Origin: Candidatus Omnitrophota bacterium
GTDB lineage: Bacteria > Omnitrophota > Gorgyraeia > Zapsychrales > Zapsychraceae
Length of the DNA stretch: 64,000 bases
Assembly: GCA_018062515.1 (NCBI GenBank)
Contig: JAGOSC010000005.1
Coordinates: forward strand, 880 to 64,879
Direction of reading: 5' to 3'
Both the position numbers and the translations under genes were made by a program. Below the pieces are notes generated by a model. The model ran no database searches. It was not told where the DNA came from and saw only the letters and a program-made list of their open reading frames with translations. Every line of letters starts with the position of its first letter. Position 1 is the first letter of the stretch. Positions 63,447-64,000 of the stretch are shown here, piece by piece.

Positions 63447-63573
63447 GAGTTATTGAGTTATTTGTGTTTATTGCGTTTGCTGAGTTAAACACGGCAACTC
63501 AAAAACTCAATCAACCCAATCAACTCGACCAACTCAATTAACTCAATTAACTCAAGAAACTCAACAAACGCAA
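63447..63573. repeat. AACTCAA/TTGAGTT short-period repeat tract with inverted flank
   Basis: About eight AACTCAA-containing units of 7-11 nt at 63496-63565 (e.g. TTAACTCAA x2). The left flank GAGTTATTGAGTTA...TTGCGTTTGCTGAGTT carries the reverse-complement motif. 63471-63486 pairs with 63558-63573 at 15 of 16 positions. Confidence 0.75.
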
Positions 63574-63576
63574 GTT

Positions 63577-63597
63577 TATTTGACATTTCGTCAAATA
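63577..63597. other. Small perfect hairpin (8-bp stem, 5-nt loop)
   Basis: TATTTGAC-ATTTC-GTCAAATA. AT-rich, with no clear U-tract, so its function is unknown. Confidence 0.4.
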
Positions 63598-63707
63598 TAG
63601 TTTATTCTTTCTTCAGGTAATCGCCTCCCCAATAGTTCTACCCATAAACAGGCAAGCCTACGAAGGGTGTTAACATTACAAGTCTAATAATTCGGAATAA
63701 CCTGTTT

Positions 63708-64000
63708 ATGTTCAAAAATCCTATTCTTAAAATCATCCTTCTGATCGCAGCGGTTTTGTCCTTTTATATAAGGGAAGCCGACGCGATGAAACAAATCGAA
63801 CCCCGCGATAATAAAGTCCTAATCAACTTTACCCACAACGGAACTTGGCAAACCGTCAATCTTACGCCAATTCTTAATTTCAGCGGTTCTACCAAATTGG
63901 TAACAATCATGATTGTTTCAAGCGCGGACAGAAAGGTCGGGATCCGTCCGACGGGAACAACGTTCGGGGACGATAAGACCCGCTGGAGAACTGATCCGAC
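63708..64000 (+). CDS. 5' part of a hypothetical secreted protein (runs off the window)
   Basis: ATG 63708 opens a frame to the window end: MFKNPILKIILLIAAVLSFYIREADA|MKQIEPRDNKVLINF... with a signal-peptide-like leader. No domain recognised. Confidence 0.4.
   Translation, partial: MFKNPILKIILLIAAVLSFYIREADAMKQIEPRDNKVLINFTHNGTWQTVNLTPILNFSGSTKLVTIMIVSSADRKVGIRPTGTTFGDDKTRWRTDP

Overview
AT-rich bacterial chromosome window, almost entirely plus-strand genes. My guess is an uncultivated lineage; the window cannot settle taxonomy. Left edge (1-2086): the end of an integrative element (ORF6N gene, Xis-like HTH, tyrosine integrase) whose stop codon touches base 1 of tRNA-Pro(GGG). 2.1-13.2 kb: housekeeping genes, namely PilZ, hom, thrC, coaB, an ApgM-like protein that is probably the alternative homoserine kinase, lysC, cimA and valS. 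They are punctuated by unusual hairpins built from tandem heptamers. 13.6-21.8 kb: tRNA-Gly(CCC), a flavoprotein, GT-C-like membrane proteins, HPF-like, SlyX and YihY genes. The centrepiece is 21.8-52.1 kb. One consensus-like sigma70 promoter is followed by four tightly packed giant ORFs (2640, 1727, 3472 and 2173 aa; 10,012 codons in total). All four share a signal-peptide-like leader, a ~310-aa N-terminal module and a ~60-aa C-terminal GGIDLN...GFxPVII...NLPLLLG module, none of which I can assign to a named family. Between these modules each ORF carries a different string of fused acyl-CoA-metabolism domains. These are 2x CitE/malyl-CoA-lyase-like, 2x MaoC hot-dog and Ccr-like reductase in A; 2x acyl-CoA dehydrogenase in B; acyl-CoA synthetase, 1.5x ACAD and a B12 mutase barrel plus truncated barrel plus B12 domain in C; AccA-like and AccD-like carboxyltransferase, HD and cNMP-binding in D. 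Together they resemble most of an ethylmalonyl-CoA/propionyl-CoA-type pathway fused onto a common carrier scaffold. 52.2-64 kb: TPR, SUI1, rsmJ, serpin, rhodanese, slyD, ssb, STAS, ridA, an envelope cluster (TPR membrane protein, HTTM, PIG-L, GNAT), tRNA-Ser(GCT), an AACTCAA repeat tract and a partial ORF. All domain calls come from reading motifs by eye; no searches were run.
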